Positions 9,957-21,548 are shown, numbered from the stretch's first letter. The stretch is DNA of 64,000 nt from Dehalococcoidia bacterium (GCA_046497565.1 JAWOFK010000092.1:836-64835), one strand, 5' to 3'. The notes: generated by a model from the letters alone, not told the origin. A program made the numbers and translations.

Positions 9957-10104
9957 GCTTGGGCGCCAGTGACAGCAGGTACCCTGAGGGTTTAAATGAG
10001 TCGCCTGCCGAGGCTTGAGCCGAACCTGTGTCAGCTGGCACAGGAATTTTTTTGTTATAGACTTCCTCTCCCGTGACAGGAAGGCATTTAAAGAGAGGGC
10101 AAAT
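9957..10104 (+). promoter_or_regulatory. Ribosomal protein L10 leader (autoregulatory 5' UTR) with terminator-type attenuator
   Basis: About 150-nt untranslated GC-rich leader directly upstream of rplJ, containing an intrinsic-terminator-like hairpin. The position and architecture fit the known L10-leader class. Confidence 0.55.
10025..10053 (+). terminator. Intrinsic terminator / attenuator inside the L10 leader
   Basis: CCTGTGTC AGCT GGCACAGG forms an 8-bp stem including one G-U pair with a 4-nt loop (10025-10044). It is followed by AATTTTTTTG. Confidence 0.6.
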
Positions 10105-10626
10105 ATGTTAAGAGAAAAGAAGATGCAGATAGTAAGCGACCTGGCCGACAATCTGTCGCGAAGCGCTATCATCATCGCTACTAACTACCAGGGTCTGCTT
10201 GCTAAACAAATGACCGAGTTGCGCAGTACTCTAGCAAAAGCAGATATCGAGTACCAGGTGGTCAAGAACACTCTGGTCTATCGTGCCGCTGACCAGGCAG
10301 GTAAGCCGCAACTGATGAACATAATCGAAGGCCCTGTGGCCCTGGCCTTCGGCTACGATGACGTAGCTAATACAGCCAGAGTCCTTAACCAGTATATCAA
10401 ATCCGCGGTATCGCCTTTACAAATTAGAGGAGGGCTGTTGGGAGACCGCGTTCTACTTCCGGATGAAGTGGTAAGCCTGGCCAATTTGCCGGCAAGAGAC
10501 GTGCTCATCTCCAGACTGATCGGGCAATTACAGGCCCCTGTACAAGGCTTACATAATGCTCTTAGTTCTCCCTTACAGGGGCTATTATGCGTGTTGCAAA
10601 ACAGAGCTCAAGCTACTAACCAATAA
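10105..10626 (+). CDS. rplJ: 50S ribosomal protein L10
   Basis: Start moved to the ATG at 10105, preceded by GAGAGGG. The product [17 protein letters not shown]...VVKNTL matches the L10 family pattern. rplL follows. Confidence 0.9.
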   Translation: MLREKKMQIVSDLADNLSRSAIIIATNYQGLLAKQMTELRSTLAKADIEYQVVKNTLVYRAADQAGKPQLMNIIEGPVALAFGYDDVANTARVLNQYIKSAVSPLQIRGGLLGDRVLLPDEVVSLANLPARDVLISRLIGQLQAPVQGLHNALSSPLQGLLCVLQNRAQATNQ

Positions 10627-10640
10627 CAAAGGAGGAAATC

Positions 10641-11153
10641 ATGCCACCAGAGGAATCAGAGAAGGAAGTTAAGCAAACAGGGGTAAAGAAGGCTTCAAGG
10701 GCAAAGAAAGAAGTTAAAGAAGGGGAGGCGAAGGGAGCTTCACAGACAAAGAAAGAGGCCAAGAGTTTGACCAAGGAGGAAATCATCGCTGCCATCAAGA
10801 ATATGACAGTATTGGACCTGGCTGATCTGGTCAAGACCCTGGAGAATGAATTCGGGGTCAGTGCTGCTCCTGTAGCGGCAGCGGCGCCGGCGGCTGCGGC
10901 TGGTCCTGGCGAGTCGGCGGAAGCTCCCGCGGGGGAAGAACAGACGGAGTTCAGCGTCACCTTGAAGAACTTTGGCGAGAAGAAAATCGAAGTTATTAAG
11001 GCAGTGCGTGAGGTAACTACTCTCGGACTGAAGCAAGCGAAGGACTTGGTAGAAGCTGCCCCGCAGTTAGTCAAAGAGGGCGTTCCCAAGGAACAAGCCG
11101 AAACGATAAAGCAGAAATTGGAAGCCGCTGGAGCCACTGTAGAGATTAAGTAA
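10641..11153 (+). CDS. rplL: 50S ribosomal protein L7/L12 with an approximately 42-aa Lys/Glu-rich N-terminal extension
   Basis: Canonical L12 NTD ([30 protein letters not shown]), Ala/Pro hinge and CTD ([24 protein letters not shown]...). AAGGAGG lies 7 nt before the ATG at 10641. Confidence 0.85.
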   Translation: MPPEESEKEVKQTGVKKASRAKKEVKEGEAKGASQTKKEAKSLTKEEIIAAIKNMTVLDLADLVKTLENEFGVSAAPVAAAAPAAAAGPGESAEAPAGEEQTEFSVTLKNFGEKKIEVIKAVREVTTLGLKQAKDLVEAAPQLVKEGVPKEQAETIKQKLEAAGATVEIK

Positions 11154-11197
11154 GGTCGTCTTAGAATCCTCCGAACTTCCGAGGAGGGGGTAGTAAC

Positions 11198-11458
11198 ATG
11201 ACGTCGGTCACTTACCAGGCTATACTGGGGATGGGAGGATTCTTCGTCCTTCTGGGCATTATTTTTGTGGTCTGGAACAAGAAGGAGAAGCAAAGATACT
11301 ACAATTCTATTCTGCTAACTCGAAGGGATATTAAAGAGTCTCTAACTCATGATCCAGACCGTCCCTGGCTGCACGCCTGGCAGATAGGAGGCAGGATTTC
11401 CCTTATCATCGGTATTTTGCTGCTGATCATAGGGGGAGTTCTTTGGCTCACTGCGTAG
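11198..11458 (+). CDS. Small membrane protein, two predicted TM helices, unknown function
   Basis: 86 aa with two hydrophobic segments. GAGGAGGGGG SD upstream of the ATG. Confidence 0.55.
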   Translation: MTSVTYQAILGMGGFFVLLGIIFVVWNKKEKQRYYNSILLTRRDIKESLTHDPDRPWLHAWQIGGRISLIIGILLLIIGGVLWLTA

Positions 11459-12095
11459 TAGGCGTCTCCTCACCCAGTCTATCAGTGACCTCTTTCAGTG
11501 ATACCTTGCCAACGGACAAGACCATTTTGAGCGCATCATCAATTGATATATTGGTTCGAATAACGTCGCTCTCCTTTACTATCTCCAGATAGCCAGATGT
11601 TGGATTGGGAGACGTCGGTATAAACACGTTGAGCAGCTTTTCACCGGACTCGGTGCGCGACTCACTCGTTACAAACCCTATAACTCGCATACCCTTCTTG
11701 GGGAATTCTACTAGCACCACCTGGAGGAATCTAGTTTCACCGGGAGTGGTGAAGCTCACCATGATTTGCTTGATACTGGTATATAGATATCTAAACAATG
11801 GCACTTTTGCCAGTAAAGACTCTACATAACTAACCAGTCTCTTTCCAACAACGCTGGTCGCTATAACTCCGGTCACGTAGATCAATACTAATGTAAAAGC
11901 GAAGCCCAGGCCAGGAATCGCGCGACCAAATAGCGACTCGGCTACAGGCTGCAGAATGCCATCGATATATAGAAAAAGCCAGCGCAGTATCAATACGGCG
12001 GCAGCAATCGGCACAATAACGAGAACCCCCGCGATGAACTGCGTTCTCAGCTTCTTACTTACCCCGCTCCGGGATATCCTTCTGTCATGCTTCAT
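11448..12095 (-). CDS. DUF502-family membrane protein
   Basis: N-terminal basic stretch then two TM helices (FIAGVLVIVPIAAAVLILRWLF...). The conserved P-T-S-P-N-P-T-S-G motif (IPTSPNPTSGYL) is typical of DUF502. Confidence 0.8.
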   Translation of the reverse strand: MKHDRRISRSGVSKKLRTQFIAGVLVIVPIAAAVLILRWLFLYIDGILQPVAESLFGRAIPGLGFAFTLVLIYVTGVIATSVVGKRLVSYVESLLAKVPLFRYLYTSIKQIMVSFTTPGETRFLQVVLVEFPKKGMRVIGFVTSESRTESGEKLLNVFIPTSPNPTSGYLEIVKESDVIRTNISIDDALKMVLSVGKVSLKEVTDRLGEETPTTQ

Positions 12096-12239
12096 TGCCC
12101 TCGCCTCCTTGGAAATACATTCTCAGCGACAATGATACTAAAAGTATCCTCGTGAAGGAAAGGATTCCTTGATGCCTCAAGACCTAGGGCTGCCGCGTTG
12201 TACCCCTTGCCTGACGTGTGTACCGGGCAGGTCTTGTGC

Positions 12240-13760
12240 TCAAATTATTTCCTTGTGCCGGTACTGCAGGGCTTCGGCCATATGGTGTGTCTTGATGATG
12301 TCGCTGTTGTCCAGGTCGGCGATGGTGCGGGAAAGCTTGAGGATGCGGTGAAAGGCACGGCCGGTAAGATGAAGCTGCTTCATGGCGGCGCGAAGCAGAC
12401 TCTGGCCTGCCGGTTCCACCGTGCAGAATTCCTTCACCTCCTTGGGTGTCATATCGGCATTGCACTTCAGCTTCGTTCCCCGAAAACGCTCAACCTGTAT
12501 TTCATGTGCTGCCCTGACTCTGGCCCTGACCTTATCCGCACCTTCCACGGGCTTATCGTCAGTGAGCTTTTCATAATCAATATGGGGAACATCAACAAAG
12601 ATGTCAATGCGGTCCAGTAATGGTCCGCTTATTCTCTTATGATAGCGAGAGATTTCCGCGGCCGAGCATTTGCATTCCTTAAACGGGTCACCATAATAAC
12701 CACAGGGGCAGGGGTTCATAGCTGCCACCATCATGAAGCTGGCAGGGAATGTAACGCTGCCGTGGACTCGACTGACGGTAACTGTTCTGTCCTCCATTGG
12801 CTGGCGCAGCGATTCCAGTGTGACGTGCCCAAACTCAGGAAATTCATCCAGAAAGAGCACCCCATGGTGCCCCAGGCTTATCTCCCCGGGTCGCGGCCAC
12901 TGCCCCCCTCCCACCAGGCCGGCATGAGAAATGGTGTAGTGAGGCGAGCGGAAAGGACGCTTTACAATAATAGGAGTGTCTTGCGGCAACAATCCGCTGA
13001 CGCTGTAAATCTTGGTGACCTCTATAGCTTCCTCCATGGTCAACAGGGGCAGTATCGATGGCAAGGAGCGAGCCAGCATGGTCTTGCCGCTCCCCGGTGG
13101 GCCACACATGAGGATGTTGTGTCTTCCGGATGCCGCTATCTCCAAAGCCCTCTTGGCATGCTCTTGGCCCTTGATATAGAGGAGGTCGAAGTCATAACTG
13201 GGGCGGAATTCCTGCTCCCAATCTACCTTGTCCTGGTACTCAGGGATGCTGGCTCCGCCTTGAAGGTGAGCAACCAGTTGGGCCAATGATTCGGCAGGGA
13301 ATATATGTACATCATCTATTAAGGAAGCCTCTTTGGCATCATCCCAGGGCACGAACACCGTAGACAGACCTTTGACTTTGGCTAAAGCTACCATAGGCAA
13401 TACCCCGTGGGTATGGCGCAGCTTGCCGTCCAAAGAGAGTTCCCCTAGAAAGATACTGCGAGAGAGGTCAGCGTTTAGCTGCTCTGAGCTAATCAGTATC
13501 CCTATGGCTATGGATAAGTCGTAAGCAGGGCCTTCCTTCTTCAGGTCTGCCGGAGCCAGGTTGACGGTAATCCGTCTGTTAGGGAACTTGTAGTGGGAAT
13601 TTCTTATTGCTGACCTTACTCTTTCTCTTGCTTCTTGGACTGCCTTGTCCGGCAGTCCAACGATGGTGAAAGAAGGCAAGCCTGGCGATATATCCACCTC
13701 GACTTCCACTACGGCACCCTCCAGCCCGACCACAGCAGCACTTTTTACCTTGGCTAGCAT
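12240..13760 (-). CDS. comM: YifB/ComM-family Mg-chelatase-like AAA+ ATPase
   Basis: N-terminal Lon-protease-like domain; Walker A (GPPGSGKTMLA); Walker B (LFLDEFPEF); C-terminal ChlI-like helix domain. 506 aa. Confidence 0.9.
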   Translation of the reverse strand: MLAKVKSAAVVGLEGAVVEVEVDISPGLPSFTIVGLPDKAVQEARERVRSAIRNSHYKFPNRRITVNLAPADLKKEGPAYDLSIAIGILISSEQLNADLSRSIFLGELSLDGKLRHTHGVLPMVALAKVKGLSTVFVPWDDAKEASLIDDVHIFPAESLAQLVAHLQGGASIPEYQDKVDWEQEFRPSYDFDLLYIKGQEHAKRALEIAASGRHNILMCGPPGSGKTMLARSLPSILPLLTMEEAIEVTKIYSVSGLLPQDTPIIVKRPFRSPHYTISHAGLVGGGQWPRPGEISLGHHGVLFLDEFPEFGHVTLESLRQPMEDRTVTVSRVHGSVTFPASFMMVAAMNPCPCGYYGDPFKECKCSAAEISRYHKRISGPLLDRIDIFVDVPHIDYEKLTDDKPVEGADKVRARVRAAHEIQVERFRGTKLKCNADMTPKEVKEFCTVEPAGQSLLRAAMKQLHLTGRAFHRILKLSRTIADLDNSDIIKTHHMAEALQYRHKEII

Positions 13761-13790
13761 CTTGATAAAACCCTTTCGTCTAATTAAGGT

Positions 13791-14624
13791 TCAGCCTCTC
13801 TCCCTCAGAGCGTCCTCAATTCTCTTGATCAGCTCCCCATTCTCTTCCTCAGATAGCATAAGGTTGCTTTCCAACCTGTTAATATAATCGTCGATTTCGG
13901 GAAAGCGAGACCTTGTCTGGGCCAGTTTTTCACTTTGCTCTCGAATCTCCTGGTCCAGGTCGGCGAAGTCAATTTTCAGGTCCAATCTTTCATTTAAGAA
14001 GCTCAACACTTTCTTTTGAGCCTGGGCATCCTCGACTGTTGTAAGGTAAAAAGGTATCGGCACCCACAGGCTTGCCCCGGGAATATTCCTCGCTTTAGCT
14101 ATCCACAAGAGAAAGGAGTTCAAGGTTGGCCTTTCGCCCGGCGGGGTTTGATAATTCATGTCTGTGACCAGGTCATATTGGCTCAAGGCCTCTTTAGTTT
14201 CCCGTGAGTTAGCTACGGAAAACAACTGGCGGGGAGTAGTGTGAGCGCTGAAGCCAACCATGGCCCCGATGGTATATAGCTCTCTCACCTGACAATTATG
14301 CTCAGCCACATCCAGAACCGAGTTCAGAAATTTGTACCATTCGGCTCCGGGAGAGTCACTCTGGAAGATTACCAGTTCATGTTCCGGGCAGGCATAGAAC
14401 TTGCTTTCGGGAAATCGGGCCACATCACCTTTTATGGCAACTCCACCCAGGGGGAAAAAGTACTGCGCATCAACCTCGGCAAACTCCTGCCCTTTTAGCT
14501 TACGATTTAAGTAGTCAGCGACTTTTCCTCCCAGATTTCCCGCGTCTTCCCTCCAACCCAGCACTAATGAGGATGGGCCGAGTCCTGGTTCTTTATAGAC
14601 CTTTACAGGGTGTCCCTGACTCAA
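13791..14624 (-). CDS. PAC2 (proteasome-assembly-chaperone-2-like) family protein, divergent paralog
   Basis: 277 aa. Homologous to the upstream PAC2 gene, but the P-G-I-G-N motif is degraded (GWREDAGNLGGKVADYL). C-terminal charged helical tail. ATGA overlap with the upstream gene. Confidence 0.65.
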   Translation of the reverse strand: MSQGHPVKVYKEPGLGPSSLVLGWREDAGNLGGKVADYLNRKLKGQEFAEVDAQYFFPLGGVAIKGDVARFPESKFYACPEHELVIFQSDSPGAEWYKFLNSVLDVAEHNCQVRELYTIGAMVGFSAHTTPRQLFSVANSRETKEALSQYDLVTDMNYQTPPGERPTLNSFLLWIAKARNIPGASLWVPIPFYLTTVEDAQAQKKVLSFLNERLDLKIDFADLDQEIREQSEKLAQTRSRFPEIDDYINRLESNLMLSEEENGELIKRIEDALRERG

Positions 14625-15544
14625 TCTCCGCCACCTCGCTTCTTGAAGAACTTCTCAACATCCTCCATGATCCTTTTCTCTTCTTCTTCAGTGATTGGTC
14701 CCGGCTGAGTTGGTTCGGCGTAGGTCACATGTTTCAGCCTGTCCAGCTGCCCCCTTATTTCTGAAGGGATTTGTTGATAGAATTCTTCGATTCCTCGTGC
14801 TACTTTTTGGTCCAGTTGATCCAGTTTGTCCAGGTTGACCTCGATTTTGAGACTATGGCTGAGAACCTCCAGTACCGACTTTGAGGCTTTGGGGTAGGAC
14901 AGCGGCAATCCTTGAAGATATACCGGTATCTCGCCCATCAAGCAAACAGCCTCAAAACCCCTCTTCCTGGCCACACCCAGTAGAAGACCGTTCAGGCCGG
15001 TGATGTTTCCCTGTCCACCTCTTCCTTCGACGTCGGACATGAGTACGGTGTTGTCGTATTCTTCTATTTCCCGGATTAAACTTTCGCTATTGGGCACGGC
15101 CCAAACTCTCGGCTTCATTGTATGGTGGGTCAAAGCCACGGCTGCTCCTGACGTATAAATTCTGCCACATTTGAATTTCTCGGCTATATCAAGGACAAGG
15201 TTAGCCATGTGATAGGCCTTCTTCCCCTCGGCATAGGCCCTACCTCCTTCGGCAGGCTGTTCTTCGCCAACAAAGAATATCAAGTCATTCCCCGGCATTG
15301 TTTTGAAATAGAACTTATTAGCGGGGAAATCCAGGCTTTCTAACACCCCCTTGCGAATCACGACCCGTTTGGGATAGAAGAAATCCCAGGGCTCAATTTC
15401 TCCGAACTCCTCTGCTCCCAATATCCCTCTCAAAGTGTCAACAGCGATTATGCCGATATTTCCTATTCCCGGCCAACTCGCTATCAATATCGGGTTCTCA
15501 AGCTGTGGCTCCTGATGAAGTCTGATTCCCATCACTCTCCCCAA
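14621..15544 (-). CDS. PAC2 family protein
   Basis: 307 aa. N-terminal LENPILIASWPGIGNIGIIAVDTL matches the PAC2/PbaA-type pattern. C-terminal coiled-coil-like tail. Confidence 0.7.
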   Translation of the reverse strand: MGRVMGIRLHQEPQLENPILIASWPGIGNIGIIAVDTLRGILGAEEFGEIEPWDFFYPKRVVIRKGVLESLDFPANKFYFKTMPGNDLIFFVGEEQPAEGGRAYAEGKKAYHMANLVLDIAEKFKCGRIYTSGAAVALTHHTMKPRVWAVPNSESLIREIEEYDNTVLMSDVEGRGGQGNITGLNGLLLGVARKRGFEAVCLMGEIPVYLQGLPLSYPKASKSVLEVLSHSLKIEVNLDKLDQLDQKVARGIEEFYQQIPSEIRGQLDRLKHVTYAEPTQPGPITEEEEKRIMEDVEKFFKKRGGGD

Positions 15545-15654
15545 ATGCGTCTTTATTATATACTATACTATATATGCCGTCCCTTTTCTTGCCAGGGGTA
15601 GAATCGTTTATGGGTATTTTACCAAACAGCTTGGAAAACGGAAGGGGGTAGGCA

Positions 15655-15885
15655 ATGACAAATTGGGAGAAAGACCTTCCGCCACTGGCCAGAGGAAGGT
15701 TGGCCAGAATTGGCCACTTGACCCAGGAAGAGAAAGAGAAGATGATAGATTCTGAGAAGGTGCATTCTCTGCTCTCGGAGTTCTATCAAGGAAAGGTTGA
15801 CTCTGAAGGCCTGTGGAAGAGGTTAAAAAAAGAAGGCAAGCCATCAAGGACAAAGCACCGTGCTCGTTCAACTGACCGTGGATGA
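15655..15885 (+). CDS. Hypothetical small charged protein, possibly continuing in the +1 frame to 15976
   Basis: GAAGGGGG SD lies 7 nt before the ATG. Purine-rich, codon-like composition. The competing antisense ORF 15608-16015 is Leu/Ser/Pro/Phe-rich, as expected for an antisense reading. Confidence 0.4.
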   Translation: MTNWEKDLPPLARGRLARIGHLTQEEKEKMIDSEKVHSLLSEFYQGKVDSEGLWKRLKKEGKPSRTKHRARSTDRG

Positions 15886-16024
15886 GGCGATAAAAGAGCT
15901 TCCTCAGTGGCAAGATTTTCTTTCCAAGCAGGAAAGGAGATACAGTCAAGAGTTTGCCGAAGTGATGGGAAATTGAAAAGAGAGTTAAAATGAAGGGCTG
16001 TATGCCTATAGCCACGACAACCGA

Positions 16025-16779
16025 TTAGGGAAATGCTCCGCCATCTATGGTGATAGCTTGTCCCGTGATATAGCCGGCTCTTTCACTGGCCAGAAAAGCT
16101 ACCAGTTCAGCCACATCCTCGGGCTGACCTAAGCGCTGCAAGGGAATCATAGCCAGTATGCTCTCTTTTCTTTCTGGAGGCAACCTGTCCGTCATTTCGG
16201 TAACAATAAAACCCGGGGCCACGGCATTGACAGTTATGTTACGGGAACCCATCTCCCGGGCTATGCTCTTGGTGAAAGCAATAATCCCCCCTTTAGAAGC
16301 GGCATAGTTGCTTTGTCCTGCATTTCCTACTCTACCGACGACAGAGGAGATGCTTACGACGCGTCCCCATTGCTGCCTCATCATGTGCTTGACGGCAAAC
16401 TTAGTGCACAGGTAAGCTCCACGCAGATTGGTTTCGATTACGGCATCCCAGGCATCGTCGGACATCCTCAGGAGAAGGGTATCCCTGTTAATGCCGGCAT
16501 TGTTCACCAGAATATCGACCCTGCCCCATTTATCAGTCACCTGGTCCACCATGGCCTTGACCGCCTCACTATCCCGGACATCAGCTTCAACGGCCGCAGC
16601 CTCCCCACCTGTGCGGATTATGCTCTCCACTACTTCATCGGCATCAGCCTTATTGGCGGCTTCAATCGCCACATAGTTAACTGCCACTTTGGAACCAAGA
16701 CTGGCAAGCTTGAAGGCAATGGCTCTGCCTATGCCGCGGGAGGCGCCAGTTACCAGAGATACCTTTCCTTCTAATTCCA

Positions 16780-16780
<1 letters not shown>
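16025..16780 (-). CDS. fabG: 3-oxoacyl-ACP reductase
   Basis: SDR motifs are present (TGASRGIGRA, NNAG, YAASK). It is the last gene of the FAS-II operon. Confidence 0.9.
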
Positions 16781-19089
<2,309 letters not shown>

Positions 19090-19093
<4 letters not shown>

Positions 19094-20139
19094 AATTTAC
19101 CCCCTTGGTTAAATTTTGCTAATTCCGACTTCAAGCTTTCGATGATGTCGGTTTCTACCGCTTTTTTGGCACTTTCTATGGCATTAGCTATATGGGGTGC
19201 TCGGCTAGCCCCGTGCGCTATCCTGACAACTCCATCAATGCCCCACAAGATACCGCCACCGTTTTTCTCAGTTGTCCCGGATATCTCATTTGCCGGGAAC
19301 ATTTTGTCAAACAATAGCTTGGCTAAGACATTTAAAGGTGGGTACCTTCTCAACCTTCGTGTTGTCCAATCCCTGGCATAGCCTGCTATGCTCTCATATA
19401 ACTTCAGAAGTACATTGCCCACATATCCATCACAGACGATGACATTGGCCTTCCCGCTGAGTATATCGTTGCCCTCTATATTGCCAATGAAGTTCAGGCC
19501 GCTATCTTTGAGCAGAAGATAAGCTTCACGCACTGTTGAATTACCTTTGCCCTCTTCACTGCCAGTGCTCAGCAAAGCTATCTTAGGGTCAGCAATGTTA
19601 AGGAACTTGCGAGCGTAAAGCGAGCCGACGATGGCAAAGTCCAGAAACTGGTGCGGCTTACAATCAACGTTGGCTCCGAGGTCTACCATCACAATATTCG
19701 GTGCAAAGGTACCGAGAGAGCCAACAATTGCCGGGCGATATATGCCGTCCAACGTGCCCATGTATTGAATGGCACTTATGGCAGCGGCGGCACTGGATCC
19801 GGCGCTAACCAGGGCATCTGCTTCGCCTGATTTTACCATCTTTGCTGCGACGGCTACGGAGCAATCGGGCTTGTGACGGATTACTGCAACAGGCGACTCA
19901 TTTTCCCTGATAACCTCCCTGGCTCCAGCTACATGGATAGACGAATTGTTGCCAGACCTGTATTTGGCCAGTTCGTTCTCCAGAATGTCTGTGGCGCCAA
20001 CCAGGAGGATTTCTACATCGCCTTTTTGAGCGGCGAGCACCGCCCCCTTAACTATCTCCTCAGGGGCATAATCACCACCCATGGCATCGACTGCCACCCT
20101 TACTCTGCCGTTTTTGACTATATTCCTATTTCTTATCAC
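19090..20139 (-). CDS. plsX: Phosphate acyltransferase PlsX
   Basis: VAVDAMGGDYAPEE N-terminal signature; 349 aa. The exact start is uncertain because the ORF overlaps the upstream gene by 14 nt. Confidence 0.9.
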
Positions 20140-20545
20140 TTGCGAACTTTGCTGCTGTCTCCCCTGTGACTACTATTTCGCCCTTTTGATTACGGCACTC
20201 AAAACTGCAATTTGCATATGATACACCATCTTTGTGTTCAATGGAATTAATTGTGCCGTTGATAGTGAGCGTATCCCCGGGACGTGCTGATTCCTTGAAC
20301 CTTGCTCGAAGCTTACCCCCGGACAGCCAGTCTCGGCCGAACGCCGAAGTCATCATCTCCGATACGTAAGCCAGGTTAAGCATACCATGGGCAATAGTGC
20401 CGCCAAGAGGAGTCCTGGCAGCGAAAGACTCGTCCACGTGGATGGGATTAAAATCACCCGATGCCTCAGCATAGAGGTTGATTTTCTCCTGGGTGATATG
20501 CTTTACTACCGGATCGAGAGCCTTTCTTTCTTCAATTGCCGTCAT
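20126..20545 (-). CDS. MaoC-like (R)-specific hydratase/dehydratase, catalytic hotdog subunit (HadB-like)
   Basis: Complete hydratase-2 motif (YAEASGDFNPIHVDESFA). 139 aa single hotdog. Confidence 0.8.
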   Translation of the reverse strand: MTAIEERKALDPVVKHITQEKINLYAEASGDFNPIHVDESFAARTPLGGTIAHGMLNLAYVSEMMTSAFGRDWLSGGKLRARFKESARPGDTLTINGTINSIEHKDGVSYANCSFECRNQKGEIVVTGETAAKFASDKK

Positions 20546-20555
20546 CGTCTCCTTG

Positions 20556-20951
20556 CTACGCCGGAAATGCTATAGTTGCCTTTCCTGATTGCACCCTTTC
20601 TTTGTCCTGGTCAAGAACCTCCAGTTCCAGGATTGCTATGCTCATTTTGCCTCGAGTTATCTTTTGTGCCACTCTAGTGTGACACTCTATGGTGGTGCCG
20701 ATCGGCACGAGCTTGAAAAACTCCAACTCCTGTGAAGCATGTATAGCGACGGTGTCGGGTGGCAACGAAAGAGCCCCTGTCGTAGCTGCGATGGCACATG
20801 CCGTAATGGCCAGGGGAGGAACAAATCCGTCGCCCGCACTATCCACTGCTTCCAGGTATTTGGAAACGAACGAAGCGCCCAGTTCATAGGCGCTTGGTGG
20901 GAATTCGAAACCATGAACCAGGTCTTCGTAGTTTACAGTTCTGTCCGGCAT
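20556..20951 (-). CDS. MaoC-N/hotdog-fold protein without hydratase motif (HadA/HadC-like partner subunit)
   Basis: 131 aa, hotdog-sized, with no D-x-N-P-x-H motif. It is the first gene of the FAS-II operon, directly upstream of the catalytic hotdog. Confidence 0.6.
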   Translation of the reverse strand: MPDRTVNYEDLVHGFEFPPSAYELGASFVSKYLEAVDSAGDGFVPPLAITACAIAATTGALSLPPDTVAIHASQELEFFKLVPIGTTIECHTRVAQKITRGKMSIAILELEVLDQDKERVQSGKATIAFPA

Positions 20952-20991
20952 TTGACCAGTTCTCGATACATCGGATTACTATGTACCTTAA

Positions 20992-21019
20992 ATTATACAC
21001 TAGCCCAGATTATTGTCAA
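20992..21019 (-). promoter_or_regulatory. Promoter candidate for the FAS-II operon
   Basis: On the minus strand: TTGACA (21019-21014), 16-nt spacer, TATAAT (20997-20992) preceded by TG. It lies about 40 nt upstream of the 20951 start. Confidence 0.55.
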
Positions 21020-21164
21020 CACTCCATTCTGAACGCGTCTGTTCTTTTCAGCGTGAAAGGTCCGCGGCATGGAGCTTCTTTGCGTACTGGTGGCCGCAAA
21101 ACAGAGCAAAGGCTAACGCACAAGCTTGTGAGACAGACTGCATTCGTGCCGGTATGCTGCGCGG

Positions 21165-21236
21165 TGGGCTCGGCAGGATTCGAACCTGCGACCAACCGGT
21201 TATGAGCCGGCCGCTCTGCCACTGAGCTACGAGCCC
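21165..21236 (-). tRNA. tRNA-Met (anticodon CAT); elongator Met or Ile2 type not distinguished
   Basis: Manual cloverleaf: acceptor GGGCTCG/CGAGCCC, D stem GCTC/GAGC, anticodon stem GCCGG/CCGGT with loop CTCATAA, T arm GCAGG-TTCGAAT-CCTGC, discriminator A. CCA is not fully encoded. Confidence 0.9.
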
Positions 21237-21285
21237 ATTCTTTTGGCCATGAAAGGTTTCATTTTTCATGGCAACCAAGCTTTTG

Positions 21286-21360
21286 TGGAGCGGGAGACGG
21301 GACTCGAACCCGCGACACCCTGCTTGGAAGGCAGGAACTCTACCACTGAGTTACTCCCGC
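21286..21360 (-). tRNA. tRNA-Gly (anticodon TCC)
   Basis: Manual cloverleaf: acceptor GCGGGAG/CTCCCGC, anticodon stem CCTGC/GCAGG with loop CTTCCAA, T arm GCGGG-TTCGAGT-CCCGT. CCA is encoded. Confidence 0.9.
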
Positions 21361-21548
21361 AAAACCAAACCTATTTTACCCCAAATATTGTGGTTGGTAA
21401 ACAAGGCGCTATGTCATCAGTCATTGACAAAGAGAGCTTTTCTTTATTACACTACGCTTCTGGATATGCATGCTCTAACAAATGAAAGTGGGGGCACTTG
21501 GGGTTGGCTTGGGTGCCCTAGTTTTATGTCCGTATAGGAGGTAGAGCT

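Noticed and set aside
10616-11293. 225-aa minus-strand ORF overlapping rplL
   Set aside because: It is antisense to a clearly recognisable L7/L12 gene. Its low-complexity Ser/Ala/Phe-rich translation mirrors the Lys/Glu/Ala-rich sense strand.
15608-16015. 135-aa minus-strand ORF between fabG and the PAC2 genes
   Set aside because: Its Leu/Ser/Pro/Phe-rich composition is what is expected opposite a purine-rich coding strand. The plus-strand ORF has a good SD and protein-like sequence. It is kept only as the alternative hypothesis.
21013-21537. Several 68-103-aa ORFs on both strands around 21013-21537
   Set aside because: They overlap the two tRNA genes and their flanks and have no SD or protein-like composition. 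The region is explained by the tRNA-Met and tRNA-Gly genes, their spacer hairpin (GCCATGAAA/TTTCATGGC, 21246-21272) and the hppA 5' region.
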